Both the position numbers and the translations under genes were made by a program. 64,000 nucleotides of DNA, taken from contig OZ360222.1 of assembly GCA_977017645.1 (NCBI GenBank), forward strand, positions 94,922,001 to 94,986,000. The letters run 5' to 3'. The notes under the pieces were generated by a model. That model saw nothing but the letters and a program-made list of their open reading frames with translations. It did no database searches and was not told the origin of the DNA. The stretch comes from Torpedo marmorata (lineage: Eukaryota). Shown piece after piece: positions 63,444 through 64,000 of the stretch; position 1 is the first letter of the stretch; every line of letters starts with the position of its first letter.

Positions 63444-64000
63444 ATGGTTGATTCTAGAAGTATTAATTTTGTAAGTATTAATGTTAATGGGCTTAATAAT
63501 CCAATTAAAAGGAAAAAAACTTTGGCATATATTAAAAAATTAAAAGTAGATATAGCTTTTTTACAGGAAACACATTTGACTGATAAAGAACATCAAAAGT
63601 TGAAGAGAGAATGGGTAGGACATGTAGTAGCTTCGTCTTTTAATTCTAAAGCGAGAGGAGTAGCAATTTTAATCAATAAAAAATTACCATTTAAAATACA
63701 ATCAGTAATGACGGATATAGCTAGTAGATTTGTTATGGTGCATTGTCAAATTTATTCAGAAACATGGACTTTTTTAAATTTATATATTGTAAACCCAGAG
63801 GATGAACAATTTATTCAAGATATCTGTTTACATTTATCTGAAGCTAAGGAAAATATTTTAATTGGGGGAGATTTTAATTGTTGTCTTAATACAAATATGG
63901 ATAAAACATCTAAAACATCTGTTAAACCTAAAATAGTTAAAAGAATTATTAATTTAATGGATGATTTAAATTTAGTAGATATTTGGAGAAAGGTAAACCC
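63444..64000 (+). CDS. L1 ORF2p N-terminus (APE endonuclease), partial
   Basis: Hand translation MVDSRSINFVSINVNGLNNPIKRKK...FLQETHL...GGDFN is open to the window end. Confidence 0.92.
   Translation, partial: MVDSRSINFVSINVNGLNNPIKRKKTLAYIKKLKVDIAFLQETHLTDKEHQKLKREWVGHVVASSFNSKARGVAILINKKLPFKIQSVMTDIASRFVMVHCQIYSETWTFLNLYIVNPEDEQFIQDICLHLSEAKENILIGGDFNCCLNTNMDKTSKTSVKPKIVKRIINLMDDLNLVDIWRKVN

Larger units (their letters stand above)
61672..64000 (+). mobile_element. 5'-complete L1 (family A), continues beyond the window
   Basis: G-run start GGGGGGGCGTGTCGTGATGGCG, 5'UTR of about 130 bp, intact ORF1, spacer of about 270 bp, open ORF2 start. Confidence 0.92.

Overview
This is eukaryotic (vertebrate) genomic DNA, almost certainly from a shark or ray, inferred from HE1/V-SINE-type SINEs whose 3' tails match the CR1 LINE tails and from abundant Penelope and Rex/Babar fragments. 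The window is largely a stack of nested transposable elements. It holds at least three L1-clade families (six copies of one young AT-rich family, one with intact ORF1 and an open ORF2 start), many CR1 fragments, Penelope-like elements (PLEs), three solo LTRs with clean TSDs, two Tc1/mariner-type MITEs, a hAT MITE and a broken KIAA1586/ZNF862-like hAT transposase. The only host protein-coding sequence I recognise is a lone striatin-family (STRN4-like) first coding exon at 23719-23928. The most interesting signals are: minimal hammerhead-ribozyme motifs in PLE termini, including a 176-bp ribozyme-bearing insertion with its own 13-bp TSD; the orphan striatin exon; NRF1/YY1 motif arrays in a ~2 kb L1 inter-ORF spacer; a 44-bp-stem hairpin inside a MITE; and a twin-priming L1 inversion. 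There are no prokaryotic systems, CRISPR arrays or rRNA/tRNA genes, and I cannot show that any of these signals is a wholly new biological system. All alignments were done by eye; no database searches were run.
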